Origin: a virus
Taxonomy: Duplodnaviria; Caudoviricetes
Strand: one strand, 5' to 3'
Virus record (IMG/VR): IMGVR_UViG_3300035680_000078
Location: 1 to 26,114 of that record
DNA: 26,114 nucleotides
Of this stretch, positions 15,917 through 24,254 are shown in pieces. The first letter of the stretch is position 1. Each line of letters starts with the position of its first letter. Below the pieces are notes generated by a model. It was not told the origin of the DNA. It was given only the letters and a program-made list of their open reading frames with translations, and did not search any database. Position numbers and translations under genes: made by a program.

Positions 15917-17613
15917 AGCGATTGCTGGATGGCTTGGCCTACCATGCTGTCACTCTTGATCGAGCCGGCCTTGGCCGCCATGTCCGCCTGGGCCATCATC
16001 TGCTGCTGCTCCTGCATGGCCTGCATTTGCGCGGCCCGCTCCTCGCGCATCTGGTCGCGCTTGTCGGTGTCCAAGATCCAATCCGCGGGCACCCCGTCAT
16101 TGCGACCGAGGTCGCGGGACACGGCGTCCATGTCATAGTTGTCGAGGATCTCGGGCTTGAGCGGGATGATCGGGGCCAGACGCTCCATGGTCCGCATGAA
16201 GGCCAGGTTGTGCAGGCTCTTGATGGCCAAGGCCACGCGGGAGGTGTAGGTCACTTCCGGCTCGGGGATCTCGGGGATGCCGGTCATTTCGTTCTGCACG
16301 ATCACGTCCGGGGGCGGCGGCGGGAAGAGGCCCTGGCGCAGGTGGAGATTGAAGACGCGGCGAAGCAGAGGGTTGAAGAGTTCGGTCGTTTTGCGGGCAA
16401 AGGTCGGGCTGAATTGCACCAGCTTTTCCGAGGCTCGTTCGGCCACTTCGCGGGCCGTCATCTGCTTCTGGTCGAGCATGGCGAACATCTGGAAGAGATC
16501 CACGTGGAACGCCCGCTGGATCGAGGCTTCCTTGCGCTTCTCCCGCTCAAGGCCGATCTGGTATTCCCCTTGGGTCAACCATTCCTTGGGCAGCGCGTTG
16601 GGATTGAGAGGATCGAAGTAGGTGAATCCACCGGAGCGGAGATCCACTTCGTTCTCATGCGTGCTCGGGATCAAAATTCTGGGAAAGGCTTTGATCTCGG
16701 CCAAGGCATCCATCTGCTTGACCAAGAAGTTCAGCTGCCTTGCCTCGGGCATGGCAATCCAACCGGGGGACCATCCGTAGGCCGAATCGCCCCACTTGAG
16801 GTGGCGACCGGCAAAGAAAGGCTGCTCGTCAAATCCGCTTGAGCGCACCACGTGCTTGCTCGACTTGTCCACGTAGACGCTGGCAATCGGCTTGTTCTCG
16901 CCGTCTGCCTTGCCCGGAGCGCGGTCCTTGTGCCGGCGCGGATAGATGGCATGGACAAAATCGTGGAGCGTGTTGCCGCCCTTGCCGGTCTTGCGGTATT
17001 CCTCGACCTGCTTCCGCATCTTCTCCGAGAGGTTCTCCTCCCCGAATTTGTCCGCGGCCTGCAAGCAGGTCATCTTCAGTTCGCGGAAGATCGTATCCAC
17101 CAGGCCCTCGTCATCTTCCGAGATGCAGAAGCTGCCACAGGGGAAGGTGGTGAAGGTGACCGGATGACGGCGACCAGGTTCGCAAAACATCGCGTAAGTG
17201 CCAAACGTGCCATCGTCAAAATAGAGTTCATGGACTTCGGAGTAGAAGTTGGAGTTGGCCAGGTTCAGCTGGACAATCTCGGAGCACTGCTGGAACCACG
17301 TCTTCGCCTTGTCGTTGTCTTTGATGGCCGCGGGTGGCTCGTAAACAAACCACCGGCTGTCCGCCGGCGACATGTAAGACAGCTGACCATTGGCCAGCAC
17401 CGCGTTGGCGTAAATCGCCGTGGAATCGAAGAGCACGTCATTGCGTGACGTGTCCGGGTATTCCTTCTTGTTGACGATCTCCGCCTTGCGGGGCAAACAA
17501 AAGTCCGCGATGTCCTGCCACATGGTGTCCCAGACCTTGCGGTTGGACAGCAGGTCCTGGTGGCGGGTGAGCACATACTCCCCCAGCCGGACAAGATCAG
17601 CCTTTTGTTCCAT
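15913..17613 (-). CDS. Portal / head-to-tail connector protein
   Basis: 566 aa; WQDIADFCLP, FDSTA, SNFY, YGWSPG and MTAREV.ER..E motifs of T7-like head-tail connectors. Confidence 0.92.
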   Translation of the reverse strand: MEQKADLVRLGEYVLTRHQDLLSNRKVWDTMWQDIADFCLPRKAEIVNKKEYPDTSRNDVLFDSTAIYANAVLANGQLSYMSPADSRWFVYEPPAAIKDNDKAKTWFQQCSEIVQLNLANSNFYSEVHELYFDDGTFGTYAMFCEPGRRHPVTFTTFPCGSFCISEDDEGLVDTIFRELKMTCLQAADKFGEENLSEKMRKQVEEYRKTGKGGNTLHDFVHAIYPRRHKDRAPGKADGENKPIASVYVDKSSKHVVRSSGFDEQPFFAGRHLKWGDSAYGWSPGWIAMPEARQLNFLVKQMDALAEIKAFPRILIPSTHENEVDLRSGGFTYFDPLNPNALPKEWLTQGEYQIGLEREKRKEASIQRAFHVDLFQMFAMLDQKQMTAREVAERASEKLVQFSPTFARKTTELFNPLLRRVFNLHLRQGLFPPPPPDVIVQNEMTGIPEIPEPEVTYTSRVALAIKSLHNLAFMRTMERLAPIIPLKPEILDNYDMDAVSRDLGRNDGVPADWILDTDKRDQMREERAAQMQAMQEQQQMMAQADMAAKAGSIKSDSMVGQAIQQSL

Positions 17614-17616
17614 GTC

Positions 17617-17629
17617 TTTCGACTAATCG
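17617..17629 (-). promoter_or_regulatory. Dispersed motif copy 7, CGATTAGTCGAAA
   Basis: Fills the intergenic gap, 3 nt upstream of the portal ATG. Confidence 0.7.
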
Positions 17630-18019
17630 TTAACCGAGAAGCGAGCGCGGTCCGGTGGCCGGATTGAAGTATCCGCCGGTTTCGCCGGCGAGAAGCGTCT
17701 TGGCTTGGCCTTGGCGTTTCTGCTGCTGCATGCGGTTGCTGGTCTGGGCCTCGGCGGCCTCGACGCGGTTGGGACCGCTGGCTGGCGGCGGAGGAGGAGC
17801 AGGAGCCGGTGGCGGCGGAGGAGGAGGAGGAAGCGGAGCCGGGGCCGGCATGGCAGGCATCTTCGGCATCGGCGGAGGTGGCGGTGGCGGCGGAGGAGGA
17901 GGAGGTGTGGGCATGGCCGGCATCGGCTGCGGGCGTGGCGCGGGGCGTGAGCCACCACCGAACATGCCGCCGTAATTGCGACACGTCAGATCGAGGCGTG
18001 AGCGAGTGTAAAATCTCAT
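17630..18019 (-). CDS. Proline-rich small virion-associated protein upstream of portal
   Basis: Poly-Pro tracts then KRQGQAKTLLAG...RSLLG, the C-terminal pattern common in pre-portal genes. The true start may be the second Met (MFGGG). Confidence 0.6.
   Translation of the reverse strand: MRFYTRSRLDLTCRNYGGMFGGGSRPAPRPQPMPAMPTPPPPPPPPPPPPMPKMPAMPAPAPLPPPPPPPPAPAPPPPPASGPNRVEAAEAQTSNRMQQQKRQGQAKTLLAGETGGYFNPATGPRSLLG
17785..17910. repeat. Low-complexity (GGA/GGC/GGT)n tracts encoding polyproline
   Basis: Runs such as ggcggcggaggaggaggagga, read as CCN codons on the minus strand. Confidence 0.8.
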
Positions 18020-18429
18020 GGTCGTTGAATGATTTGTTGGAATCTCTGGATCGGAAAAAACAACATGCGGTCATGCTTGCGCCTTTCCCATGCAGCGAGA
18101 GGTAGCGCGTATGGCATCCAGCGCAACACTTTTTCGACTAATCCCGCCCAATTTTCATACGAGGGGTTCCGCGTGGCATAGGCATAGATGTACCAGCAGT
18201 CGCAATCTTCGCGGTCAAAGACCACGGCAGGGTTGCGGATGTCCGCGGGGTCCGCGGTGCTCTCGACGGGACGGCCCATGAGGAATTCTTCCGGGGTGGA
18301 GAAAACATAACCGTGGAGCAGGTGCAGTTGCAGGTCTTGCTGGAAGGTGCGCGGACTGTCCGCATCGTAGAGTTCGTAGACCAGTTGGGCGGGTGGTTTC
18401 ATGGTTAGATTTGTCACAAATTTCGACAT
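18016..18429 (-). CDS. Hypothetical protein between terminase and portal
   Basis: 137 aa (or starting at MKPP), globular composition; stop overlaps the next start. Confidence 0.65.
   Translation of the reverse strand: MSKFVTNLTMKPPAQLVYELYDADSPRTFQQDLQLHLLHGYVFSTPEEFLMGRPVESTADPADIRNPAVVFDREDCDCWYIYAYATRNPSYENWAGLVEKVLRWMPYALPLAAWERRKHDRMLFFPIQRFQQIIQRP
18132..18144 (-). promoter_or_regulatory. Dispersed motif copy 8, GGATTAGTCGAAA (in CDS, encodes GLVE)
   Basis: Exact match. Confidence 0.7.
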
Positions 18430-18460
18430 GTTTTGGTTACATGTTTACGGCGTGTACATG

Positions 18461-19990
18461 TCACCGGCGCACCACGATGTTGTCGCGGAATCCGGTGCGG
18501 ACGATGACCGGATCACGGCGGGCCGGTCCGCCCATGGGCAGCATGCCGGCCACCTCGGCCTCGGCCAGCATGCGGAGCGCATCGCTCGGGTGGCTCGACC
18601 AATCATGCACCGGCTCGTTGTTGGTGAGGCCCGTGGCGCTGACCGGCTTGTAGTGATAGGCGGCCAGGGCATCGAGGCCGTGTTCACAAAAGGGCAGCCT
18701 AAAGGTAAAGCGTGGGAGCAGCTGGCGCAGCCTGTTGATGCCCACCCAAATGTCATTGGTCCGCGGCACCACGCGAATGTTGGTGAGGCCGGCGGACTGC
18801 AACTCGTTGGCAAAGGTGCGCCCGGACGTGTTGGTGGTCATGCCGTCATGCGGCAGGATGTGCATGCCAAAGGGGTATTGCTTGCCCAGCATGTGGGCCA
18901 CGCGGTGGACAGGACTCATGTCCAGGTTCATGTCGAGATCGATGACGCGGATCTCTTCGTTCACGATCTGGAAATACCAGCACACCGTGTTGACCGGAGA
19001 GCCGAGATCCCAGCTGGTATGCACCAGGGCATTGTGATCGTAGGGCCGCGGGGCAATTGCGCCCTCGCTTCGCAGGCGGTCGATCATGTCCGCGTAGATC
19101 GCTCCCTCGACGGGGGCCTTGAAACACTCCTCCACGGTCGAAGGGAATTCGCGGTAGATGAATAGCCCGAGGTTCTTCTCCTGCCGGTCATACCACAGCC
19201 TTTGCCCTGGCGTGAGCTTGTGCTTGATCTCCTCCTCGAGAGACGCGAGGTAGCGTTGATTGATCGAGCTAATCGTGTCCGCGGGACCTTCGAGCGTGTA
19301 CGTTGGATCTCTCCACCAAGGAAAGAATACCACGCGCCAATCGGCCTCTGTCTTCTCCGCCTCGGGCGTTTCCATGGCGGACTTCACCAGATTCCAGAGG
19401 TGCCCTCCCCTGCCCCCTTTCCATGTCGTTTCCACTACAATGCTGCCGTGCTCGGCGGACGGGATTGCGCCCGTGAGGATTTCCTCGGAGCGTTTGGGAT
19501 CATCCGCCTGGATGACTCCCCACTCGCTCAAGTGCAGCCAGTTGTTCGTTCCACCGCGGGAGCGCAGGCCGGCGAACAGGCTCGACGCGGCGTCACCGTT
19601 CACTGTGATTTCAATCACGCTCCCGCTGTCTCGCAGGAATTTGATGTTCCCGCGCATACCTTTGGGGAGATTGTCCAAGGCTACCTTGACAATAGTCGAA
19701 AGTTTGCGCTCCGCATCGGCCATGGATTGATCGACAATCGAGCACTGGCTGCCCGCATTCCACAGGATCTGATCGGCCAGCAGGATATCGATGCCCGTGC
19801 TCATGCCCAGCCGGCGGGCTTTGAGTATAATTAACCTTCGGCACCTTTCCTTTAATAAGAGTTCAAAGACGCGCTGCTGCTCCGGGCGCGGCGTGAACCT
19901 AATCAGACGGCCATCGGTGGGCCGTTTGATTTTGTAAATGTTGTTGAGCCGCCAGAGCGGATCAGCCAAGTTTTGCTTGGTTTCCTGCAC
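18461..19990 (-). CDS. terL: Terminase large subunit
   Basis: Walker A ILKARRLGMST, Walker B WLHLSE, nuclease WDLG and HDWSSHPSDALR. Probable GTG start at 19990; the frame is open further upstream to 20164. Confidence 0.9.
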   Translation of the reverse strand: MQETKQNLADPLWRLNNIYKIKRPTDGRLIRFTPRPEQQRVFELLLKERCRRLIILKARRLGMSTGIDILLADQILWNAGSQCSIVDQSMADAERKLSTIVKVALDNLPKGMRGNIKFLRDSGSVIEITVNGDAASSLFAGLRSRGGTNNWLHLSEWGVIQADDPKRSEEILTGAIPSAEHGSIVVETTWKGGRGGHLWNLVKSAMETPEAEKTEADWRVVFFPWWRDPTYTLEGPADTISSINQRYLASLEEEIKHKLTPGQRLWYDRQEKNLGLFIYREFPSTVEECFKAPVEGAIYADMIDRLRSEGAIAPRPYDHNALVHTSWDLGSPVNTVCWYFQIVNEEIRVIDLDMNLDMSPVHRVAHMLGKQYPFGMHILPHDGMTTNTSGRTFANELQSAGLTNIRVVPRTNDIWVGINRLRQLLPRFTFRLPFCEHGLDALAAYHYKPVSATGLTNNEPVHDWSSHPSDALRMLAEAEVAGMLPMGGPARRDPVIVRTGFRDNIVVRR

Positions 19991-20450
19991 GTATTTCGGC
20001 CATCGCTTGGGCCAAGGTGTCGCTGACGCCGTGTTCGACTTTGTCGGGTTCGGCAAGTCCCAGCAGTTTGACCAAAGAGTTGTTGGCGTTGATCGCGGCG
20101 GAGTATTGCTTGTCTTGAGATGACAGTTGTAACAGCAATTCGTAGCGTGCCTTGGCCTTGGCAATCTCCAGATCGCGGTCCTTGGCGTTGGCCTCGCGGA
20201 TGCGTTTGTTGGCCTCGGCTACGTAACGTGCCGCCGTGGATTCACATACGCCAAAGCCATTTTCACAACTTTCCACAACTTCAGAGTAAGGTAATCCGCG
20301 GACAATCCACTTCACCACCGCCCGGATGCGCTGTTCCAATTCCACCTGGCTGGTCTTGTCACCACGCGGACGCGGGGCCGGCGTTTCCACCGGCTCGTCG
20401 TTGAGCATGTGCGTGATGTCCGCGATGTCCACGTCAGAAGGGGATGTCAT
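19962..20450 (-). CDS. Terminase small subunit (putative)
   Basis: ATG at 20450 with GGAGGA RBS; helical/HTH-like protein with C-terminal LLGL..PDKVEH; immediately upstream of terL. Confidence 0.65.
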   Translation of the reverse strand: MTSPSDVDIADITHMLNDEPVETPAPRPRGDKTSQVELEQRIRAVVKWIVRGLPYSEVVESCENGFGVCESTAARYVAEANKRIREANAKDRDLEIAKAKARYELLLQLSSQDKQYSAAINANNSLVKLLGLAEPDKVEHGVSDTLAQAMAEIRAGNQAKLG

Positions 20451-20724
20451 CGTCCTCCGCGGTTGAAGCTGCGGGGGCGGGTTTGGGGGCCGGCGTGGAT
20501 TTGGTTTGGAGGTGACGCCAATTGCCAATGATCGGGCCTTTGATGCCCTTCTCGCGCATTTCCTTGGTCACGTCTTGGACGATAAAGCCATCGTCACCGT
20601 ATTCGCCGGTGCCGTTTTTATTCTCGAAGAATACGCCGTTAAGGTAGGTGCCCTTCTCGCCTTTGTAGAGGAGGTCCTTGTCGATCTTGGTTACGTCTAT
20701 TTTGTATTTGATCATGGAAGCCAT
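20434..20724 (-). CDS. Putative single-stranded DNA-binding protein
   Basis: 96 aa beta-rich core, Pro/Ala linker and acidic DDDIPF C-terminal tail characteristic of SSBs. Confidence 0.6.
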   Translation of the reverse strand: MASMIKYKIDVTKIDKDLLYKGEKGTYLNGVFFENKNGTGEYGDDGFIVQDVTKEMREKGIKGPIIGNWRHLQTKSTPAPKPAPAASTAEDDDIPF

Positions 20725-20726
20725 GT

Positions 20727-20739
20727 TTTCGACTAATCC
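20727..20739 (-). promoter_or_regulatory. Dispersed motif copy 9, GGATTAGTCGAAA
   Basis: Contains the MTase TAG stop; 2 nt upstream of the SSB-like ATG. Confidence 0.75.
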
Positions 20740-22103
20740 TTCACAATTTGTCCAGCAGGCAATTCGGTTGTGGGGAATATTCTTCCACTATAGGCATCTT
20801 GGCCATTAAGCCCCCCCCCGTTGTGTGCGCCGTCTGTCAAGGCTCCAACAACATCTGTTGCCCAGCTACCGCCTTCAATGCCTGTTCCAGCATCGGCGGC
20901 AACTCTTTGCCTCGTTTCTCTGCTCGGCGGAGTATCCCGGCGCACGCTTTCTGACTCAAATAGAACCGCGGCGGCAAAGGCCCCTGCTCCAGCGTTTGCG
21001 ACAACGAACACACGGCGGCGTCTTTGGGCCACTCCGAACCATTGTGCGTCCAAGACCCGGTAGGCCCACCCATACCCCAAGTCCCCCAGCGCCCCGAGGA
21101 AGGCTCCAAAATCCCTTCCTCCGTTGGATGACAAGACGCCGGGGACATTTTCCCAGACAAGCCATCGAGGTCGGTGACGTTGAGCGATTTCAAGATAAGT
21201 AAGCATGAGGCCGCCGCGTGGGTCGCGGAGTCCTTGTCGCAATCCGGCGACACTGAATGACTGACACGGTGTTCCTCCGGCCAAAAGGTCGATTGTTCCC
21301 AATTTCCATTCTTCATATTTTGTCATGTCCCCGAGGTTTGGCACGTGTGGCCAATGGTGAGCCAGGACGGCGGACGGGAACTTCTCCACCTCGGCAAAAG
21401 CTGCGGGCTGCCAACCCAAAGGCTCCCACGCCACGCTGGCAGCTTCGATGCCGCTGCATACGGAGAGATAGCGCAAAGGAAGCATTTCTTGCGCGGCAAT
21501 GCGCCGTCCAATCCATGCCATGCACGGCACCGCCATGGAATTGCCCAAGGCTTTGTAGCGTGGGCCGTCTGGGCACTCGGCAGCCGGCTTTCCCCGCCAA
21601 GGGATAAGGGTGTGATCGTCTTGAAACCCTTGCAGTCTTTCACATTCTCGAGGCGTAAGCCGGCGGACGGCCATGCAGGCGCCGTGAACTGCGGTCACTT
21701 GTTGAGTGATTTCCGACGATTGCGGGGATCGTGATGGGTCGTTGGCCGACGTTAGCGTGGGAGCAACCACATTGATTGCATCGGCCCTGCCGCCGTTGCC
21801 CGGATTGGTCAGTGCAGGAGTAATGCCGTCCGGCATAACCTCGGGAACCTTCACGCCGTCTCGGGTGCGATTTGCAAAAGCTATTGCCACCCCTTGCGTG
21901 GCCGCCGCATCCAGCGTGTAACTTGTTCCGTCCTCGCTCCACCCGCGCCCGTTCTGGGCCTTTTCTCGGGAGGTTGTGTCTTGGATGGCGATAGGTTCCG
22001 CCACCACGTTGCGGAGCTTAAATACCGATCCTTCGTTTGTGTAAGTGCGTTGCTCGTTGGCGCAAATGGGCGTTGCCGGATCGTTGGACATGATGCGTTT
22101 CAT
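20733..22103 (-). CDS. DNA (cytosine-5) methyltransferase, circularly permuted (IX-X before I-VIII)
   Basis: RRLTPRECERLQGF (IX) and YKALGNSMAVP (X) precede YLSVCSGIEAA (I), GGTPCQSFS (IV), WENVPG (VI) and GVAQRRRRVF (VIII). Confidence 0.9.
   Translation of the reverse strand: MKRIMSNDPATPICANEQRTYTNEGSVFKLRNVVAEPIAIQDTTSREKAQNGRGWSEDGTSYTLDAAATQGVAIAFANRTRDGVKVPEVMPDGITPALTNPGNGGRADAINVVAPTLTSANDPSRSPQSSEITQQVTAVHGACMAVRRLTPRECERLQGFQDDHTLIPWRGKPAAECPDGPRYKALGNSMAVPCMAWIGRRIAAQEMLPLRYLSVCSGIEAASVAWEPLGWQPAAFAEVEKFPSAVLAHHWPHVPNLGDMTKYEEWKLGTIDLLAGGTPCQSFSVAGLRQGLRDPRGGLMLTYLEIAQRHRPRWLVWENVPGVLSSNGGRDFGAFLGALGDLGYGWAYRVLDAQWFGVAQRRRRVFVVANAGAGAFAAAVLFESESVRRDTPPSRETRQRVAADAGTGIEGGSWATDVVGALTDGAHNGGGLNGQDAYSGRIFPTTELPAGQIVKD
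20837..21316 (-). CDS. Overprinted alternative-frame ORF inside the methyltransferase (M.EcoHK31I beta-like arrangement)
   Basis: 159 aa, same strand, different frame. C-terminal SLSQTLE..PLPPRFYLSQKACAGILRRAEKRGKELP..L..AL looks protein-like and matches my recollection of nested ORFs in phage C5 MTase genes. Confidence 0.55.
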   Translation of the reverse strand: MKNGNWEQSTFWPEEHRVSHSVSPDCDKDSATHAAASCLLILKSLNVTDLDGLSGKMSPASCHPTEEGILEPSSGRWGTWGMGGPTGSWTHNGSEWPKDAAVCSLSQTLEQGPLPPRFYLSQKACAGILRRAEKRGKELPPMLEQALKAVAGQQMLLEP

Positions 22104-22300
22104 TTCTTTTTTCGACTAATCCTTGTAAAGAGTTCTCTGTGCGTATGGACCCAAAAAACCGCCGCGCCTGCGGTGCCCACGTCCGCCGGTGTGACCGCGT
22201 TGTCGCTGCACGTGCCGAGGGGAGCCATGGTTTGTAGGGCATTCATCACCTCCGCGGGGTCCATGCCGTTCTGCTCGATGTAGGATTCAAGGGTGTTCAT
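22100..22300 (-). CDS. Hypothetical protein
   Basis: MNTLESYIEQ..., with ATGA overlaps at both ends. Confidence 0.55.
   Translation of the reverse strand: MNTLESYIEQNGMDPAEVMNALQTMAPLGTCSDNAVTPADVGTAGAAVFWVHTHRELFTRISRKKK
22110..22122 (-). promoter_or_regulatory. Dispersed motif copy 10, GGATTAGTCGAAA
   Basis: 6 nt upstream of the MTase ATG. Confidence 0.75.
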
Positions 22301-22503
22301 TCCACGCGAATGGGGTGAGCGGCCACGGTCACGCGCCACAGGTCGATAAACGAGGAGATGACCGGCTCGAGGTGAGGCGAAGGCACCACCGCATTCTTCG
22401 CGGCCATCTGCTCGTATTCCTTGTAAAGATCCAAGATCAGTTCCATCGCCTCGGCACTAAAGCGTGCGTAGGCCACGGTGGATTTTTCGTAAGGGCAACT
22501 CAT
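22297..22503 (-). CDS. Hypothetical protein
   Basis: 68 aa, with ATGA overlaps at both ends. Confidence 0.6.
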   Translation of the reverse strand: MSCPYEKSTVAYARFSAEAMELILDLYKEYEQMAAKNAVVPSPHLEPVISSFIDLWRVTVAAHPIRVE

Positions 22504-23369
22504 GCCGCGATGACCTCCTCGAGCTTGGTGATCTTCCCCCGGATCTCGCGGGCCTTGGCTCGGCCCTCGTCATTCCACTCGGTTTCCCATGGCGTTTCGG
22601 TTTTGGCCTGCCTCCACCGCTTGTCCATCTTCATTCGCTCCAGTTCGCCCTGTAAGGCCGCTTTCTTTTCTTTGGCCTCCCAGACGCTCAAGGGTTTAGT
22701 CGAAAGCGTGGCGGTGCCATTCCGCGCAAATGCGGTGCCATTGCGGTTCTCATTGGCTTTCCATCTCTCGCCAAATGCCTTGAGCGCGTTGCGCCAATTG
22801 CGGAAGGGCTGTCCGTCCTTGCCGGTCCACTCCCCGTCCGGGCTGATTGGTCGGGCCTCACATTCGTGAAAGAATATTTCAGCCAGCCTTGCCTCGACGC
22901 CCATCATGCTCGCGGCGGTCTGCACCTCCTCGAGGCTTGGGCTTTGTATTACATTAGATTTCCTTTCCTTACCTTTCCTTACATTAGGTAGAGCGTGGGC
23001 TACAGCATCTGCTTGAGCGTGTGCTTTAGCGTGCGCTTGAGCATCTGCTTTCTTCGCCTTGCCACCGCGGCTGCCACGCTCGCGCATTGTCTTCGCAAAC
23101 TCCTCGGTTTTAGTGGGATAGTGAAAGACGAGCAGATCGTCCCCGATCCAGTTCCACAGCATGGTCTGCTTGTTGACCTCCTCCAAGGTCACGCCGGCCA
23201 CCTGCTGCCATTGCCGGTCCTTCCAATCGCGGCATGCGCGGATGATGCCGCTGTTCTCCTGGTCCGCGCAAAAGGCCAGCAGGCAGAGCCACGTGGCGCG
23301 GTCCACCGGATCGGCCCCCAGAAAGTCTGGGGACCGGAGCACGGCGATTTCGATGTTGAGATGTTTCAT
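22500..23369 (-). CDS. Putative replication initiator protein (lambda O-like organisation)
   Basis: N-terminal W..LL.FCADQ.N.G domain, central repeat linker followed by GKERK, then PSLEEV...W....G....NWR domain; located in the replication block. Confidence 0.6.
   Translation of the reverse strand: MKHLNIEIAVLRSPDFLGADPVDRATWLCLLAFCADQENSGIIRACRDWKDRQWQQVAGVTLEEVNKQTMLWNWIGDDLLVFHYPTKTEEFAKTMRERGSRGGKAKKADAQAHAKAHAQADAVAHALPNVRKGKERKSNVIQSPSLEEVQTAASMMGVEARLAEIFFHECEARPISPDGEWTGKDGQPFRNWRNALKAFGERWKANENRNGTAFARNGTATLSTKPLSVWEAKEKKAALQGELERMKMDKRWRQAKTETPWETEWNDEGRAKAREIRGKITKLEEVIAA
22693..22705 (+). promoter_or_regulatory. Dispersed motif copy 11, GGTTTAGTCGAAA (inverted, in replication gene)
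   Basis: 10-bp core exact. Confidence 0.6.
22992..23051. repeat. Five tandem 12-bp iteron-like repeats (AGCRTSNGCTNN); probable replication origin
   Basis: agcgtgggctac, agcatctgcttg, agcgtgtgcttt, agcgtgcgcttg, agcatctgcttt, adjacent to an AT-rich pyrimidine tract at ~22944-22990. Confidence 0.65.
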
Positions 23370-23764
23370 TTGAGTAGGTCTTTGAGTTCGATTTCGAGGC
23401 GGGCATCCCCGCTCCGGGCTTTGGTAATGATGAGTTGATCGATGAGGGCGTCATCCTCGAGCCAGCCGGCGGGGACCAAGCAGTCCAAGACGCCCTTGGC
23501 CAGATTGTCCACGTCCGGCCTCACGCCATGGGTTTTCTCGAGCGGCCTTGCCTTCACCGGCGCGAACCAAAAGCGGATCGTCACCAGCACCGGCCAATCG
23601 ACGGGTTTGCGTGGCGCATGCCGGCGGAGTTCCGCGGTGAGCTTGTCCTTGGCGTCCTGCACCCGTTTCTTGGTGTAGAACATGACCCTCCCACCGCGGA
23701 CCATGACCCCCTTTTGCTGGGCGGTCACGGTGTCCGGCTGTCCTTGGATGACGGCCTTAATCAT
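23366..23764 (-). CDS. rusA: RusA-family Holliday junction resolvase
   Basis: RPDVDNLAKGVLDCL...WLEDDALI catalytic motif; start MIKAV overlaps the upstream stop. Confidence 0.85.
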   Translation of the reverse strand: MIKAVIQGQPDTVTAQQKGVMVRGGRVMFYTKKRVQDAKDKLTAELRRHAPRKPVDWPVLVTIRFWFAPVKARPLEKTHGVRPDVDNLAKGVLDCLVPAGWLEDDALIDQLIITKARSGDARLEIELKDLLK

Positions 23765-24054
23765 GCTGCGACTCCGCGGTAAACGGCCAACGCACGGGCA
23801 TGGGCCTCGCGCCGGCTGGCATGTTTCCATCCGGCCCGCTCGATGATGCCACTGCGGAGCGCGGCCATGAACCGCGCCCCCATGGCATTGGCCTTGGGCG
23901 GATTGCCCACCCAGGCGCGAACATCTTCCGCGGTGAATTCCGCCCCGCTGCGGGCCATGGACACGATGAGACTGTCGGCCTCGTCCTTCCATTGCTCCGG
24001 TGTCGCTTCGTTAACCAGCGCCATGCCTTGGTCGCGTAGTTCGGTGCCGGTCAT
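23761..24054 (-). CDS. Hypothetical protein, possibly winged-helix
   Basis: 97 aa; FTAEDVR...P...NAMGARF..A...G.I pattern; translationally coupled. Confidence 0.65.
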   Translation of the reverse strand: MTGTELRDQGMALVNEATPEQWKDEADSLIVSMARSGAEFTAEDVRAWVGNPPKANAMGARFMAALRSGIIERAGWKHASRREAHARALAVYRGVAA

Positions 24055-24254
24055 ATCTGGGCCTCCTTGGCCGCGGCGTTAAGCGTGTCGCTTTGCGTGC
24101 GGCGGTGTTCCAACTCGGCCATAAACTCGGCCACCATGTGGTCGCCGGTCATGCGGTCGGTCAGCGTGTTAATCCATTCCAGCGCCCACACCAAATCAAG
24201 CGTGGCTTGGCCGTGCAGGACAAGTGCCCGAACGAGCGGATCGGGTTGGCTCAT
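24051..24254 (-). CDS. Hypothetical protein
   Basis: MSQPDPLVRALVLHG..., 67 aa, with ATGA overlaps at both ends. Confidence 0.55.
   Translation of the reverse strand: MSQPDPLVRALVLHGQATLDLVWALEWINTLTDRMTGDHMVAEFMAELEHRRTQSDTLNAAAKEAQI

Noticed and set aside
3805-16842. Long plus-strand ORFs (e.g. 3805-4902, 5877-7004, 7875-9050, 9057-10127, 14692-15702, 15922-16842)
   Set aside because: Antisense shadows of GC-rich minus-strand genes; no recognisable motifs, and they overlap confident CDSs.
19691-19702. Near-match to the motif (AATAGTCGAAAG); other partial matches at ~14518 and ~18421
   Set aside because: Mismatch in the otherwise invariant core; not counted, could be chance.
19962-20164. 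Programmed frameshift fusing small and large terminase
   Set aside because: The large-subunit frame is open through the overlap, but I see no slippery heptamer, and a GTG at 19990 gives a normal start.
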